NCBI GenBank assembly: GCA_030619865.1
Contig: JAUXAP010000001.1
Coordinates: 2,214 to 66,213, forward strand
Reading direction: 5' to 3'
From: Dehalococcoidia bacterium
GTDB lineage: Bacteria > Chloroflexota > Dehalococcoidia > Dehalococcoidales > JAUXAP01
DNA: 64,000 nt
Position 1 is the first letter of the stretch. Every line of letters begins with the position of its first letter. A model generated the notes under the pieces. The model saw only the letters and a list, made by a program, of their open reading frames with translations. It was not told the DNA's origin and made no database searches. Made by a program: the position numbers and the translations under genes. This document shows positions 36,059 through 46,550 of this stretch, piece by piece.

Positions 36059-36691
36059 TTAATAATCAAGCAAAACAATCTGCGTGCTGGCGGGCAAGCT
36101 TGGCTTAGTGATGGACAATTTGGGTTGGGGGGTGGCTTCCTTTACTCCCATCTCCTTGAGGAATCTCTCCACCGACTCCAGTTCCCAGTTCAGTGCCTCT
36201 GTTTTGTAGTGCATAGGAACCACTACCTTTGGCTCCAGCTGCCGTACTACCGCGGCTGCCGCAGAGGCATTAATAGTGGATACTCCACCTACCGGAAGCA
36301 GTAGCACATCCACATTGTCTAGCTCTTCAACCTGCCCGGTAGTAAGCACATGACCCAGGTCGCCAAGATGGCATATCGATACTCCATCTACCTCCATAAG
36401 ATAGACAGTGTTTCTACCTCTTTCCTTGCCCTTCTCCTCATCATGAAAGGTGGCTATCCCTATAATCAGGACGCCACTGATTTCATACTCACCGGGTCTA
36501 ATAACCAATCTTGGTTCACCGCCAATGCCCTGGGTATAGGAATGCCCTGGGTGTTGGTGGCTTACAGTTACAATACGAGCAGTAGGCTTACCTAATGAGT
36601 AGCCCAAGTTCGGTGAGTAAGGGTCAGTAATAACTGTGGCATGACTACCTTTAATTCTGAAACAAGAATGACCTAACCAGGTTATATCCAT
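36059..36691 (-). CDS. UPF0173-family metal-dependent hydrolase (MBL fold)
   Basis: 210 aa. MDITWLGHSCFRIKG...VITDPY...VSHQHPGH is the characteristic N-terminus of this family. Confidence 0.8.
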   Translation of the reverse strand: MDITWLGHSCFRIKGSHATVITDPYSPNLGYSLGKPTARIVTVSHQHPGHSYTQGIGGEPRLVIRPGEYEISGVLIIGIATFHDEEKGKERGRNTVYLMEVDGVSICHLGDLGHVLTTGQVEELDNVDVLLLPVGGVSTINASAAAAVVRQLEPKVVVPMHYKTEALNWELESVERFLKEMGVKEATPQPKLSITKPSLPASTQIVLLDY

Positions 36692-36842
36692 ATTTCTAAT
36701 ACTTCTGCCTGCCTCAATATAGCATAGGTAAGTTTGTTGGTCAATTGGTAATCAGCAATCATCTCCTTTATCCTTCCCCTTTGACAAGACGATTCATGGG
36801 GGCTTGACAAGCGATGACTAAAGGTGGTAAGTTTAGATAGCA

Positions 36843-36869
36843 TTAGCAGTCTAAGGCTTTGACTGCTAA
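36843..36869 (+). promoter_or_regulatory. CIRCE operator (HrcA binding site), variant TTAGCAGTC-N9-GACTGCTAA
   Basis: A perfect 9-bp inverted repeat with a 9-nt spacer lies immediately upstream of hrcA. Consensus is TTAGCACTC-N9-GAGTGCTAA. A possible promoter, TTGACA-N18-TAAGTT, lies just upstream. Confidence 0.85.
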
Positions 36870-36881
36870 TTGGAGGTTGAG

Positions 36882-37934
36882 ATGTTATCTCCTAGGACAG
36901 GAACCATACTCAAATCTATAGTGGGACAATATATTACGAGGGGAACACCAGTGCCGTCACAGAATCTTATCAAAGACTACGAGCTAGGGGTAAGTTCGGC
37001 TACCATTCGCAATGAGATGGCCTATCTAGAACGGGAGGGTTACATTACCCGACCTCATCCTTCAGCCGGAGGTATCCCCTTAGATAAAGGCTACCGCTAC
37101 TATGTGGAGTCTCTGGGCGATATCAAGCTCCCTTTAACCGAACAGCATTTGATAAGTCACCTTTTCCACCAAGTGGAGAGAGAACTGGATGAGTGGCTAC
37201 GTCTGGCAGCAGCACTTACAGCTCAGTTGGCTCGAAATGTGGCTGTAGTTACTATGCCCAAGCCAGTAGAGTGTCAATTCAAGCATCTGGAGTTAGTTGC
37301 CCTGCAAGACTTACTGGTACTGCTTGTCCTCGTCCTCCACGGTGCCAAGGTAAAGCAACAGCTAATAACCTTTGACCAGGTTATATCTCAACCGAGGCTA
37401 ACGGTTATTGTCAACAAGCTAAATGCAGCTTATTCCGGCCTGACCCACTCACAGATTTCAGCTAAAGGTGTAGCCCTCTCCCCCACCGAACAACAGTTAA
37501 CTGGTTGCCTAGTGAAGATAATGCAGACCGAAGATAAGCAAGAATATGAGGAGCCTTATCTCGATGGCTTGCACTTTATGCTTAACCAGCCAGAGTTTGC
37601 TCATAGCCAGCGGATGCAAGCCTTAATGGAACTAGTTGAGCATAGAAACCTGTTAAAGATAATTGTCCCCCAAGGGCTAGCCAGCCATAAGGTGCAGGTA
37701 GTTATTGGTAAGGAGAATCAAGCAGAGGTTATCCACGACTACAGTGTGGTCATTAGCCAATATGGTCTGCCTAATGAAGCTGTTGGTACTATAAGTATAG
37801 TGGGGCCTACCCGAATGCCCTATGCTCGCGCCATCTCTGCTGTAAACTACCTATCCTGGGTGCTGGGTAAGCTGGTGGCTGAGTTATATGGCAGAGAACC
37901 ACCCACCGAGTCAGCCCCGCAGGATGCCAATTGA
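36882..37934 (+). CDS. hrcA: Heat-inducible transcription repressor HrcA
   Basis: MLSPRTGTILKSIVGQYITRGTPVPSQNL...VSSATIRNEMAYLEREGYITRPHPSAGGIP. The start is moved to ATG 36882 (GGAGG 5 nt upstream); the track ORF begins at TTG 36870. Confidence 0.9.
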   Translation: MLSPRTGTILKSIVGQYITRGTPVPSQNLIKDYELGVSSATIRNEMAYLEREGYITRPHPSAGGIPLDKGYRYYVESLGDIKLPLTEQHLISHLFHQVERELDEWLRLAAALTAQLARNVAVVTMPKPVECQFKHLELVALQDLLVLLVLVLHGAKVKQQLITFDQVISQPRLTVIVNKLNAAYSGLTHSQISAKGVALSPTEQQLTGCLVKIMQTEDKQEYEEPYLDGLHFMLNQPEFAHSQRMQALMELVEHRNLLKIIVPQGLASHKVQVVIGKENQAEVIHDYSVVISQYGLPNEAVGTISIVGPTRMPYARAISAVNYLSWVLGKLVAELYGREPPTESAPQDAN

Positions 37935-38005
37935 CAAGGGGAAGTTAAGGGAGACGGGATACAGAGGGTAGGATTAAATAAAATCTAGGGGTAAGGGAGA
38001 TAATA

Positions 38006-38545
38006 ATGACAGAGGAAGACCAAACCGCTAAGGTAGAACCCGAGATTGCCGAGGTAGAGGATATAAAGGTACTAAAGCAGTCTCTGGCTGAGGAGAAGAA
38101 AAAAGCAGAAGATTATCTGGCTAACTGGCAAAGAGCCCAGGCAGACTTCATTAACTATAAGCGACGTAGTGAGCAGGAAAAGGAGGAGGTTAGCAAATTT
38201 GCTAACTCTCTGCTTATGCTCAACCTTCTGCCCATTCTTGATGATTTGGAACGAGCCCTTGCTTCTATTCCACCTAAGTTAGCCAAACTCAGCTGGGTAG
38301 ATGGTGTTAGGCTCATTGAACGTAAGCTCTGGGCAAGTCTGGAGGCACAAGGGCTGTCTCAAATCAAGGCACAGGGAGAACCATTTGACCCCAAGCTCCA
38401 TGAAGCGGCGATGCACAGTAAGGGTAAAGAGGGAATAGTTATTGAGGAGCTACAGAAGGGCTACAAGTTACATGATCGAGTTATTCGCCCGGCTATGGTA
38501 GTAGTGGGCAATGGAGAAGAGAAAGAGGAGACAAAGGAGGAGTAA
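38006..38545 (+). CDS. grpE: Nucleotide exchange factor GrpE
   Basis: 179 aa. AQADFINYKRR, LLPILDDLERAL and the C-terminal beta domain (GYKLHDRVIRPAMVVV) are present. Confidence 0.92.
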   Translation: MTEEDQTAKVEPEIAEVEDIKVLKQSLAEEKKKAEDYLANWQRAQADFINYKRRSEQEKEEVSKFANSLLMLNLLPILDDLERALASIPPKLAKLSWVDGVRLIERKLWASLEAQGLSQIKAQGEPFDPKLHEAAMHSKGKEGIVIEELQKGYKLHDRVIRPAMVVVGNGEEKEETKEE

Positions 38546-38548
38546 ATT

Positions 38549-40438
38549 ATGGCTAAGGTTATAGGTATTGATTTAGGTACAACTTTTTCAGCGGTGGCGG
38601 TGATGGAGGCGGGAGAACCGGTAATTATCCCTAATGCTGAAGGCGGTCGCATTACCCCCTCAGTTGTAGCTGTGACCAAAGGTGGTGAGCGCCTGGCTGG
38701 ACAGGTAGCTAAACGCCAAGCTATCACTAACCCTGACAACACCATCTTCAGCATCAAACGCCTTATGGGGCGCAAGTTTAACGAGCCTACCGTGGAATAC
38801 GATAGGAAGCTTCTGCCTTTTAAGATAACCAAGGCAGCCAATGGCGATGCCTGGGTGAAGATGGGTGACAAAGAATATAGCCCACCTGAAATCTCGGCTA
38901 TGATTCTACAAAAGCTAAAGGCAGACGCCGAAGCTTACCTCGGCGAGAAGGTTACCGAGGCTGTAATCACCGTGCCTGCTTATTTCAACGACTCACAGCG
39001 TCAGGCAACCAAGGATGCGGGCAAGATAGCCGGGCTAGAGGTGCTTCGCATAATTAACGAGCCGACCGCTGCCTCTCTAGCCTATGGTTTGGATAAGAAG
39101 AAGGAGGAGACTATCGCCGTCTATGACCTCGGTGGTGGCACCTTTGACATATCTATTCTTGAGCTAGGTGAAGGCACCTTCCAGGTTAAGTCAACCAACG
39201 GTGACACCCATCTCGGTGGCGACGATCTTGACCAGAGAATTATGGATTGGCTATGCGATGAGTTTAAACGAGACCAAGGAATAGACCTGCGGCAGGATAA
39301 AATGGCTCTGCAGCGACTGAAGGAAGCTGCCGAAAAGGCTAAAAGTGAGCTATCTACTGTTCAACAGACCGAGGTAAATCTTCCCTTTATAACCGCTGAC
39401 GCTAGTGGCCCCAAGCACCTTAGTATTAACCTTACTCGGGCTAAACTGGAGCAACTAATAATGGACCTGGTCGAGCAAACCCTGGGTCCCTGTAAACAGG
39501 CACTAACTGATGCTGAGAAGACATCAGCCCAGATTGATGAGGTGGTCCTGGTTGGTGGGCAGACCAGAACACCGTTAGTCTATGAGAAGGTAAAGCAATT
39601 TTTCGGCAAGGAACCCCATAAAGGGGTCAACCCTGATGAGGTAGTAGCTATCGGCGCCGCAATTCAAGCCGGGGTGCTCAAGGGAGATGTCAAGGATGTT
39701 CTGCTGCTTGATGTTACCCCTCTCACCTTGGGTATTGAGACACTGGGCAGGGTGGCTACCCCCCTTATCCCCCGCAATACCACTATCCCTACGGAGAAGA
39801 GCCAAATCTTCAGTACTGCTGCTGATAATCAGCCCAGCGTGGACATTCACGTTCTCCAGGGAGAGAGACCTATGGCAGCTGATAACAGGACACTGGGGAA
39901 GTTTATGCTTGATGGCATCCTGCCGGCATCACGGGGTATGCCTCAGATTGAGGTCAGCTTCGATATTGACGCCAACGGTATCCTCAGCGTTAAGGCTCAT
40001 GATAAGGGTACCGGTAAGGAGCAAAAAATTACTATCACTGCTTCCAGCGGACTCTCTAAAGAGGAGGTAGAGAAGATGCAGCGGGAGGCAGAGACACATG
40101 CTGCTGAGGATGCCAAGCGTAAAGAGGAGATAGAAACACGCAACGCTGCTGATACCCTGGCCTATACTGCTGAAAAAACCCTGCGCGAGCAGAAGGATAA
40201 GATACCCTCAGACCTGAACCAAGAGGTAGAGGACAAAGTAAAGGCGGTACGCTCCACACTACAGGGCACGGATATGGACGCCGTCCGCCGAGCAACTCAG
40301 GAATTAAATGAAACCATGCAAAAGGTAGGGGCAACCATCTACCAGCAGCAACCACCTCCCCCGCCGGGTGGTGAAGCACCGAGAGGCAAGGAAGGTGGTG
40401 AAGAAGGCACCGTAGAAGGCGAATTCCGCGAGGTTTAG
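38549..40438 (+). CDS. dnaK: Molecular chaperone DnaK (Hsp70)
   Basis: 629 aa. [26 protein letters not shown] and [10 protein letters not shown] are Hsp70 signatures. Confidence 0.98.
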   Translation: MAKVIGIDLGTTFSAVAVMEAGEPVIIPNAEGGRITPSVVAVTKGGERLAGQVAKRQAITNPDNTIFSIKRLMGRKFNEPTVEYDRKLLPFKITKAANGDAWVKMGDKEYSPPEISAMILQKLKADAEAYLGEKVTEAVITVPAYFNDSQRQATKDAGKIAGLEVLRIINEPTAASLAYGLDKKKEETIAVYDLGGGTFDISILELGEGTFQVKSTNGDTHLGGDDLDQRIMDWLCDEFKRDQGIDLRQDKMALQRLKEAAEKAKSELSTVQQTEVNLPFITADASGPKHLSINLTRAKLEQLIMDLVEQTLGPCKQALTDAEKTSAQIDEVVLVGGQTRTPLVYEKVKQFFGKEPHKGVNPDEVVAIGAAIQAGVLKGDVKDVLLLDVTPLTLGIETLGRVATPLIPRNTTIPTEKSQIFSTAADNQPSVDIHVLQGERPMAADNRTLGKFMLDGILPASRGMPQIEVSFDIDANGILSVKAHDKGTGKEQKITITASSGLSKEEVEKMQREAETHAAEDAKRKEEIETRNAADTLAYTAEKTLREQKDKIPSDLNQEVEDKVKAVRSTLQGTDMDAVRRATQELNETMQKVGATIYQQQPPPPPGGEAPRGKEGGEEGTVEGEFREV

Positions 40439-40502
40439 TATGATGTGGCTAAAGCTCCACATGCATACTCCCTACATATCTATAGCGAGGTAAAAAAATA
40501 AT

Positions 40503-41585
40503 ATGCCAACCAAGCGCGATTATTATGAAGCCCTCGGCATAAATAGAAATGCCACTGATGAGGAAATAAAGAAGGCTTTCCGAAAACTAGCCTTCAAGTA
40601 TCATCCTGACCATAACCATGAGGACAGGACCGGGGAAAAGTTCAAGGAGATAAACGAAGCCTACGAGGTGCTCTCTGACCCTGATAAGCGTGCTGCCTAT
40701 GACCGTTTCGGGCACAGTGGTGCTGAAGGGTTCTTCGGGCGAGGTTTTGAAGGGTTTAATTTCGGCGGCTTTGGTGATATCTTCGACGCCTTCTTTGGTG
40801 GAACAACCACTGCCACCCGTCAAACACCACAGCGCGGTACTGACCTGGACTACAGGCTTACTATTACCCTCGAAGAGGCAGCCTTTGGTTGCCAAAAGGA
40901 GCTAAATATATCCCGCACCGAGAATTGCTCTTTGTGCCAGGGCACTGGTTCCAAGCCAGGTAGTCAACCTAAGCGATGCACTAACTGTAACGGCACCGGT
41001 CAGGTGCGCCGAGTCCACCAGAGCCTCTTCGGCCGCTTTACCAATGTTACTACCTGCTCCCGATGTCATGGCGAGGGCAGAATTATCACTGAGCCTTGCC
41101 CGCAGTGCCGGGGCACAGGCAGGGAGAATCGTCAGCGTAGCATTTCAGTCAAAATTCCGGCTGGAGTTGATGACAGCACTCAAATACGTCTCAAGGGTGA
41201 GGGTGACGCCGGGAGAAGAGGTGGCCCTTCAGGTAACCTCTACATCACTCTATCAGTACTGAAGCATGAGTTCTTCACACGAGATGGTGACAACATTCTC
41301 TACGAGTTGCCGATTAACTTTGCGCAAGCTGCCCTTGGCACTGAAGTAGAGGTGCCTACTCTGGACGGTAACACCAAGCTTAAGATCCCGGTTGGTAGCC
41401 AGGCGGGCACCGTCTTCCGGCTTAAAGGCCGGGGCATTTCTCATTTGCATAGGAGGGGGGGTGGCGATCAACTAGTTACATTACTTGTAGTTACCCCTGA
41501 TTCGCTAACTAAAAAGCAGCGCCAGCTATTTCAGGAGTTAGCTAACAGCTTGAGCCCGGCTAAAAAGCAGCAAAGCAAATCTTGA
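40503..41585 (+). CDS. dnaJ: Molecular chaperone DnaJ
   Basis: 360 aa. J domain with HPD (KYHPDHN), a G/F-rich region, and four CxxCxGxG zinc-finger repeats. Confidence 0.97.
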   Translation: MPTKRDYYEALGINRNATDEEIKKAFRKLAFKYHPDHNHEDRTGEKFKEINEAYEVLSDPDKRAAYDRFGHSGAEGFFGRGFEGFNFGGFGDIFDAFFGGTTTATRQTPQRGTDLDYRLTITLEEAAFGCQKELNISRTENCSLCQGTGSKPGSQPKRCTNCNGTGQVRRVHQSLFGRFTNVTTCSRCHGEGRIITEPCPQCRGTGRENRQRSISVKIPAGVDDSTQIRLKGEGDAGRRGGPSGNLYITLSVLKHEFFTRDGDNILYELPINFAQAALGTEVEVPTLDGNTKLKIPVGSQAGTVFRLKGRGISHLHRRGGGDQLVTLLVVTPDSLTKKQRQLFQELANSLSPAKKQQSKS

Positions 41586-41617
41586 TTTTGGGTAGCTTTT
41601 AAAAGTTTAGAATACCT

Positions 41618-42658
41618 TCAGCGCCTAAAGAGGGAAAATAGCTTCCACTTCCGACCGGTCAGCTCATGCCTAGCCTCAGCCGCCATCAGCTCAGCCACAG
41701 CCTGTTGAAGGTTAACACCTTCATACAATACCCGATAAATCTTTTCAGTGATAGGCATTCCCAGCCCAATCCGCTGGGCTAGATTCCAGGCAACAAGGGT
41801 GGTGCTCACCCCCTCAGCCACGCCAGTCATTGAATCGGTTATCTCCTTTAACGAGCGCCCCTTAGTTAACTCTACTCCAACATAGTGGTTACGACTCAGC
41901 GGACTGGCACAAGTAGCCATTAAATCACCTAAGCCGGCTAGCCCGGAGAAAGTAAGAGGATTTGCCCCGAGAGCAGTCCCAAGAGCAGTCATTTCAGTCA
42001 GGCCACGGGTGATAAGAGTTGCCTTGGCATTGTCGCCATAGCTCAGCCCGTCAGCCATGCCAGCACCCAGAGCAATGATATTCTTTAGTGCCCCACCCAA
42101 CTCCACACCGATGACATCGGTATTGGTATATACACAAAGCTTGGGAGTAGCTAACAGCCTTTGAGCTTTCCTGGCTACAGCCTCATCCCGGGCAGCCACC
42201 ACAGTAGCCGCTGGTAAGTCGCTAAGAATCTCCCGAGAGAGATTAGGCCCGGAAAGGACGCAAATGTTAGACCAAAAGTGAGGCTCTATCTCTTCAGCAA
42301 TCACCTGTGACATACGTTTGCTGCTATCAATCTCTAAGCCCTTGGCGGCGCTCACTATCAGTATCGACTCCTTAAGGTGCTTGGCAACTAACTTTATATT
42401 TTGCCGCATCGTCTGTGATGGTACAGCAAGGATTACTGCTTTTACATCAGCTAGTGCCTCACTCAAGGAGCTGGTAGTAGATAATCGAGAAGGAAAGGTA
42501 ACATTAGACGGCACGGCTGAATTAGAATCAGCCTTTCTCAGTTCAGTGGCTTCTTGCTCAGTACGAGCCCACAGCTTGACCTGTAGTCCCTTATGGGCTA
42601 GCACCACCCCCAAGGTTATCCCCCAGGAAGTGGTGCCAATGATGGCAATCTTGGGCAT
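41618..42658 (-). CDS. gpsA: NAD(P)H-dependent glycerol-3-phosphate dehydrogenase
   Basis: 346 aa. N-terminal IAIIGTTSWGITLG Rossmann motif, GALKNIIALGAG, and a typical GpsA C-terminal domain. Confidence 0.9.
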   Translation of the reverse strand: MPKIAIIGTTSWGITLGVVLAHKGLQVKLWARTEQEATELRKADSNSAVPSNVTFPSRLSTTSSLSEALADVKAVILAVPSQTMRQNIKLVAKHLKESILIVSAAKGLEIDSSKRMSQVIAEEIEPHFWSNICVLSGPNLSREILSDLPAATVVAARDEAVARKAQRLLATPKLCVYTNTDVIGVELGGALKNIIALGAGMADGLSYGDNAKATLITRGLTEMTALGTALGANPLTFSGLAGLGDLMATCASPLSRNHYVGVELTKGRSLKEITDSMTGVAEGVSTTLVAWNLAQRIGLGMPITEKIYRVLYEGVNLQQAVAELMAAEARHELTGRKWKLFSLFRR

Positions 42659-42661
42659 ATC

Positions 42662-43348
42662 TCACCCCATATTCTCTTCAGGCGGGGGTGAATCTACTTG
42701 CTTAGCCTTCTCACCCAGCTTACGTTCCTTGCCTGATATTAATCTGACAATATTATCCCGGTGCATAACAACGATTAATATAGTGCCTATTAAAGCGTAA
42801 GCCAGATACTCAATAGGGAAGCCATTCATAAGAGTGAGAGGCACTAATATGGCATAGGTGCCTACTACTCCAGCCATGGAGCCTAGCGATGCAAACTGGG
42901 TTAAGCCAGCACTGATAATTGCAATCTGACCGCCAAATAACGCTGCCACCGGGCACAAAGCAATTAATCCACCAAAGAAGGTGGCAACACCCCGCCCTCC
43001 GCGGAATTTAAGAAATACTGGCCAAACATGGCCGGCTATAGCCGCTAAAGCTGCCAGGACTTGGGCAAGAAACGCCCCCAGGGCAAAGTCACCTACTACC
43101 ATATAGCTTCTACCAACTATCAATCCAGCAAATACTACCGCCAGCGCTCCCTTTATTATATCGAACCCGGCTACCAGAGCCGCCGCTTTCTTACCAGCCA
43201 TCCGCAACACATTAGTCGCCCCTGTCTTGCCACTACCATATTCTCTGACATCCACCCTAGCCGTTAGTCTGCCTATCAATGCACCAAAAGGAATAGAACC
43301 CAAAAGATAACCAAGAATTACTACAGCAACAAATTTGGCTATCAGCAT
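42662..43348 (-). CDS. plsY: Glycerol-3-phosphate acyltransferase PlsY
   Basis: 228 aa. YLLGSIPFG, GSGKTGATN and FLKFRGGRGVAT are PlsY motifs. It overlaps the der stop by 7 nt. Confidence 0.9.
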   Translation of the reverse strand: MLIAKFVAVVILGYLLGSIPFGALIGRLTARVDVREYGSGKTGATNVLRMAGKKAAALVAGFDIIKGALAVVFAGLIVGRSYMVVGDFALGAFLAQVLAALAAIAGHVWPVFLKFRGGRGVATFFGGLIALCPVAALFGGQIAIISAGLTQFASLGSMAGVVGTYAILVPLTLMNGFPIEYLAYALIGTILIVVMHRDNIVRLISGKERKLGEKAKQVDSPPPEENMG

Positions 43349-44658
43349 GATTCACCTCTTGTTTTAAAGACTAAACGAAATGGGTTGCCAATGAAGCCGA
43401 ACGACTGGCGCAGCTTGTTCTCCAAGTAGCGTTGATAGGAAAAATGTATTAGCTTGGCATCGTTAACAAAAAAAACAAAGGTCGGTGGGTTTACCTCAGT
43501 CTGAGTAGCATAGAAAATCTTTAGCTGCTTACTACCGATTCGTGGCAGATTGTGACTTGCTATTGCCTGCTGAACCACACTATTAATTTCAGCAGTAGGT
43601 ACCCGCTTGAGCCTCTCCTGATATACCTGGCACACCTGAGGCATAATCTTGTCTACCTCCTGCCCATATTTAGCTGAAATATACAGCACTGGCGCATAAG
43701 GCATAAACTTGAGTTGCCTTCTAATATGTCTATTATACTCGGTTATGCCCTTATCTGCAACTAGGTCCCACTTATTAACTACCACCACAATTCCCTTAAC
43801 TGCCTGCTGAATATAACCAGCAACATGCATATCCTGAGCCGTAGCTGGCTCAGTGGCATCCAGAACAAGCAAAACTACATTAGCCCGGTCAATAGCACGC
43901 AGGGCACGGATTACACTATACCGCTCCACCCCTCGCCCCAGCCGCCCCCGCCGCCTGATACCAGCTGTATCAATAAGTAGCACACTTTGCCCATCAAAGT
44001 CAAGTGGGGTATCTATGGCATCGCGCGTAGTCCCTGGAGTATCATCAACAATAGTCCGCTCCTCACTCAGAAGGGCATTTAAGAGCATTGACTTACCAAC
44101 ATTAGGCCTACCGACAATAGCCACCTTCATAACCTCTGGTTCGGCTTCAACCACTGATGGCACCGGTAGCAACGCAATAATTCTATCCAACAGCTCAGCA
44201 GTACCTCGACCGTGATAGGCACTAATAGCTAATGGCTCACCCAGACCTAGCTCATAAAATTCTATCACCTCGGCCTCAAGTTTAGCATTATCTACCTTAT
44301 TAGCTACTAATACTATGGGCTTGCTTGTCCGACGAAGCATATCAGCAATTTCCCGGTCAGAAGGTACTACCCCATCCCTGACGTCCACCAAAAAAATAAT
44401 AATATCTGCCTCATTGATTGCTAGCTCTACCTGCTCCTTAACCCCTTGAGCAACGGTAGACTGGGGTCTTAGTTCCAGTCCGCTGGTATCAACTAGAGTA
44501 AATTCAACCTCCTGCCATGAAACATTAGCCAGTATACGGTCGCGGGTCGTCCCCGGTAAGTCCTCTACAATAGCTATCGGCTTACCCGCTACCCGATTGA
44601 GCAGGGTAGATTTACCTACATTCTGTCGGCCAACTATAGCCACAATAGGCTTGCTCAC
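43342..44658 (-). CDS. der: Ribosome-associated GTPase Der (EngA), double GTPase domains plus KH-like domain
   Basis: 438 aa. Two P-loops (GRQNVGKST and GRPNVGKSM), two NKxD motifs, and a C-terminal KH-like domain. GTG start directly after a G-rich SD. Confidence 0.93.
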   Translation of the reverse strand: MSKPIVAIVGRQNVGKSTLLNRVAGKPIAIVEDLPGTTRDRILANVSWQEVEFTLVDTSGLELRPQSTVAQGVKEQVELAINEADIIIFLVDVRDGVVPSDREIADMLRRTSKPIVLVANKVDNAKLEAEVIEFYELGLGEPLAISAYHGRGTAELLDRIIALLPVPSVVEAEPEVMKVAIVGRPNVGKSMLLNALLSEERTIVDDTPGTTRDAIDTPLDFDGQSVLLIDTAGIRRRGRLGRGVERYSVIRALRAIDRANVVLLVLDATEPATAQDMHVAGYIQQAVKGIVVVVNKWDLVADKGITEYNRHIRRQLKFMPYAPVLYISAKYGQEVDKIMPQVCQVYQERLKRVPTAEINSVVQQAIASHNLPRIGSKQLKIFYATQTEVNPPTFVFFVNDAKLIHFSYQRYLENKLRQSFGFIGNPFRLVFKTRGESC

Positions 44659-44859
44659 ACCCCCCCCTCATAAATAAAAATCCTCAGCTTACTTATGTTA
44701 CCCCTGAACAAAGGTATTATATTCTACCACAATCCTATTATACTATTAACTCTATAGCTTATACCTATTCCTCACTATAGTTCCAACTATATTGTAGAAA
44801 AATGCTCTTATTTAGTGCTAGAATGTTTTGGCGCTAGGAATAGTAATTGAGTTATAAAA

Positions 44860-45528
44860 ATGATTAAACAAAATGTTGCTCGAATATTGAGTGAACTACC
44901 GAGTGGGGTTCAACTGGTAGCCGCTGCTAAAACAAGACAACCGGAAGAAATTCTGGAGGCGGTCGAGGCTGGTGTAAAAATCATAGGGGAAAACTATGTC
45001 CAGGAAGCTGAAAGAGCATATGAGGTAGTGAGGAATAGAGCCGAATGGCATTTTATAGGACACCTTCAAAAGAATAAGGTGAAGAAAGCGGTAAGGCTGT
45101 TTGACATGATAGAAAGCGTTGATTCTATTGAAATAGCCAAGGAGATTGATAAAAGATGCGCTCAAATTGGTAAGGTAATGCCGGTATTAATTGAGATAAA
45201 CAGTGGTCGCGAAAAGCAAAAAGCAGGCGTATTTCCAGAGAATGCTGAACAGCTAGTAAAAGAGGTTTCAGCTTTTCCTAACATAAGAGTGACGGGTCTT
45301 ATGACTATGGGACCTCGTTTTGGAAACCCTGAAGATTCAAGACCTTATTTTGTGGAAACGAGAAAAATATTTGACAGGATGAAAAAACTCAATTTGCCTG
45401 ATGTAGAGATGAAGTATCTTTCAATGGGGATGACCAATTCTTATAAAATTGCTTTAGAGGAAGGCGCCAATATAGTAAGAATAGGCAGTAAAATATTCGG
45501 AGAGAGGGATTATTCAAAAACGACTTAG
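44860..45528 (+). CDS. yggS: YggS-family pyridoxal-phosphate homeostasis protein
   Basis: 222 aa. LVAAAKTR (PLP lysine), GENYVQE, WHFIGHLQKNK, and the C-terminal LSMGMTNSY...G...VRIGSKIFG block. Confidence 0.88.
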   Translation: MIKQNVARILSELPSGVQLVAAAKTRQPEEILEAVEAGVKIIGENYVQEAERAYEVVRNRAEWHFIGHLQKNKVKKAVRLFDMIESVDSIEIAKEIDKRCAQIGKVMPVLIEINSGREKQKAGVFPENAEQLVKEVSAFPNIRVTGLMTMGPRFGNPEDSRPYFVETRKIFDRMKKLNLPDVEMKYLSMGMTNSYKIALEEGANIVRIGSKIFGERDYSKTT

Positions 45529-45559
45529 CCAATAGGGACCACGCAATGGAAATAGACAA

Positions 45560-46417
45560 ATGACAATAACTCATATCATTATTTTGCTGGCAACGGGTAT
45601 CGGGGTTGGCTTTGCCAGTGGTCTTCTAGGGGTCGGTGGTGGCTTTATTGTGACTCCGATTCAATACATGGTATTTACCAGTATGGGAGTTGAGGATCCG
45701 ATGAAGCTAGCCATCGGCACCAGTTTAGCCGTGGTCTTACCAACTGCCTTAAGTGGGACCTGGCGACATAATAAAAAGGGGGCGGTGTGGTGGAAACCAG
45801 CTATTACTATGGGGGTTTGTAGTGCAGCGGCTGCCTTTGGTGGGGCTAGGCTGGCAATCTATCTCCCGGAGGCGGTGCTGAAGATGGTTTTTGGCGTCGT
45901 GGTTCTAGTTGCCGGCATCAGGATGCTCATTTTCAAACCACCATCGGTTGAGCAAGAACCTAGAAGTAACCCTTGGCTGTGGGCAGCTTGGGCTATACCT
46001 GTAGGTTTGATTTCCAGCTTTACCGGCGTCGGTGGTGGCATAGTGGCGGTGCCAATAATGATGCTGGCACTTAGGTTTAAAATGCACACTGCTGTGGCTA
46101 CATCTTTAGCTATGGTGGTATTTACCAGCATTGGTGGGCTAACTGGCTACATTATGAATGGCTGGGGGGTTAGTGGGATTCCGTCTCCCAATCTTGGCTA
46201 TGTCCACATTTGGTCATGGCTGGCTCTGGCTACTACCAGTATTGGCATGGCACAGGTTGGTGCCATAACCGCTCATCGGCTGCCCGCCAAGAAATTGAGA
46301 TATATGTTTGTTTTAGTAGTGTTCTTTATGGGGGGGAGGATGCTGTGGGCTGGCGTCCAAGATGTTATCGGGCCGGAGGCGCTCAGCCTATTTGACTGGC
46401 TAGGTTGGCCGATATAA
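45560..46417 (+). CDS. TauE/SafE-family (DUF81) anion permease
   Basis: 285 aa, about 8 TM helices, with duplicated GxGGG motifs (LLGVGGGFIVTP and FTGVGGGIVAVP). Confidence 0.8.
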   Translation: MTITHIIILLATGIGVGFASGLLGVGGGFIVTPIQYMVFTSMGVEDPMKLAIGTSLAVVLPTALSGTWRHNKKGAVWWKPAITMGVCSAAAAFGGARLAIYLPEAVLKMVFGVVVLVAGIRMLIFKPPSVEQEPRSNPWLWAAWAIPVGLISSFTGVGGGIVAVPIMMLALRFKMHTAVATSLAMVVFTSIGGLTGYIMNGWGVSGIPSPNLGYVHIWSWLALATTSIGMAQVGAITAHRLPAKKLRYMFVLVVFFMGGRMLWAGVQDVIGPEALSLFDWLGWPI

Positions 46418-46550
46418 GCAAATGCTAGATGAACTTAGGGTCGTGCCAATGTAGTAGCAGCTTGGGAAGGGGAAGTGGTATCAGCAAAGTGTAAAGTTGA
46501 CATAGACCTCCAAAATGGCCTACGTCCCCGAGCAAACTCAATGCTTGAGA

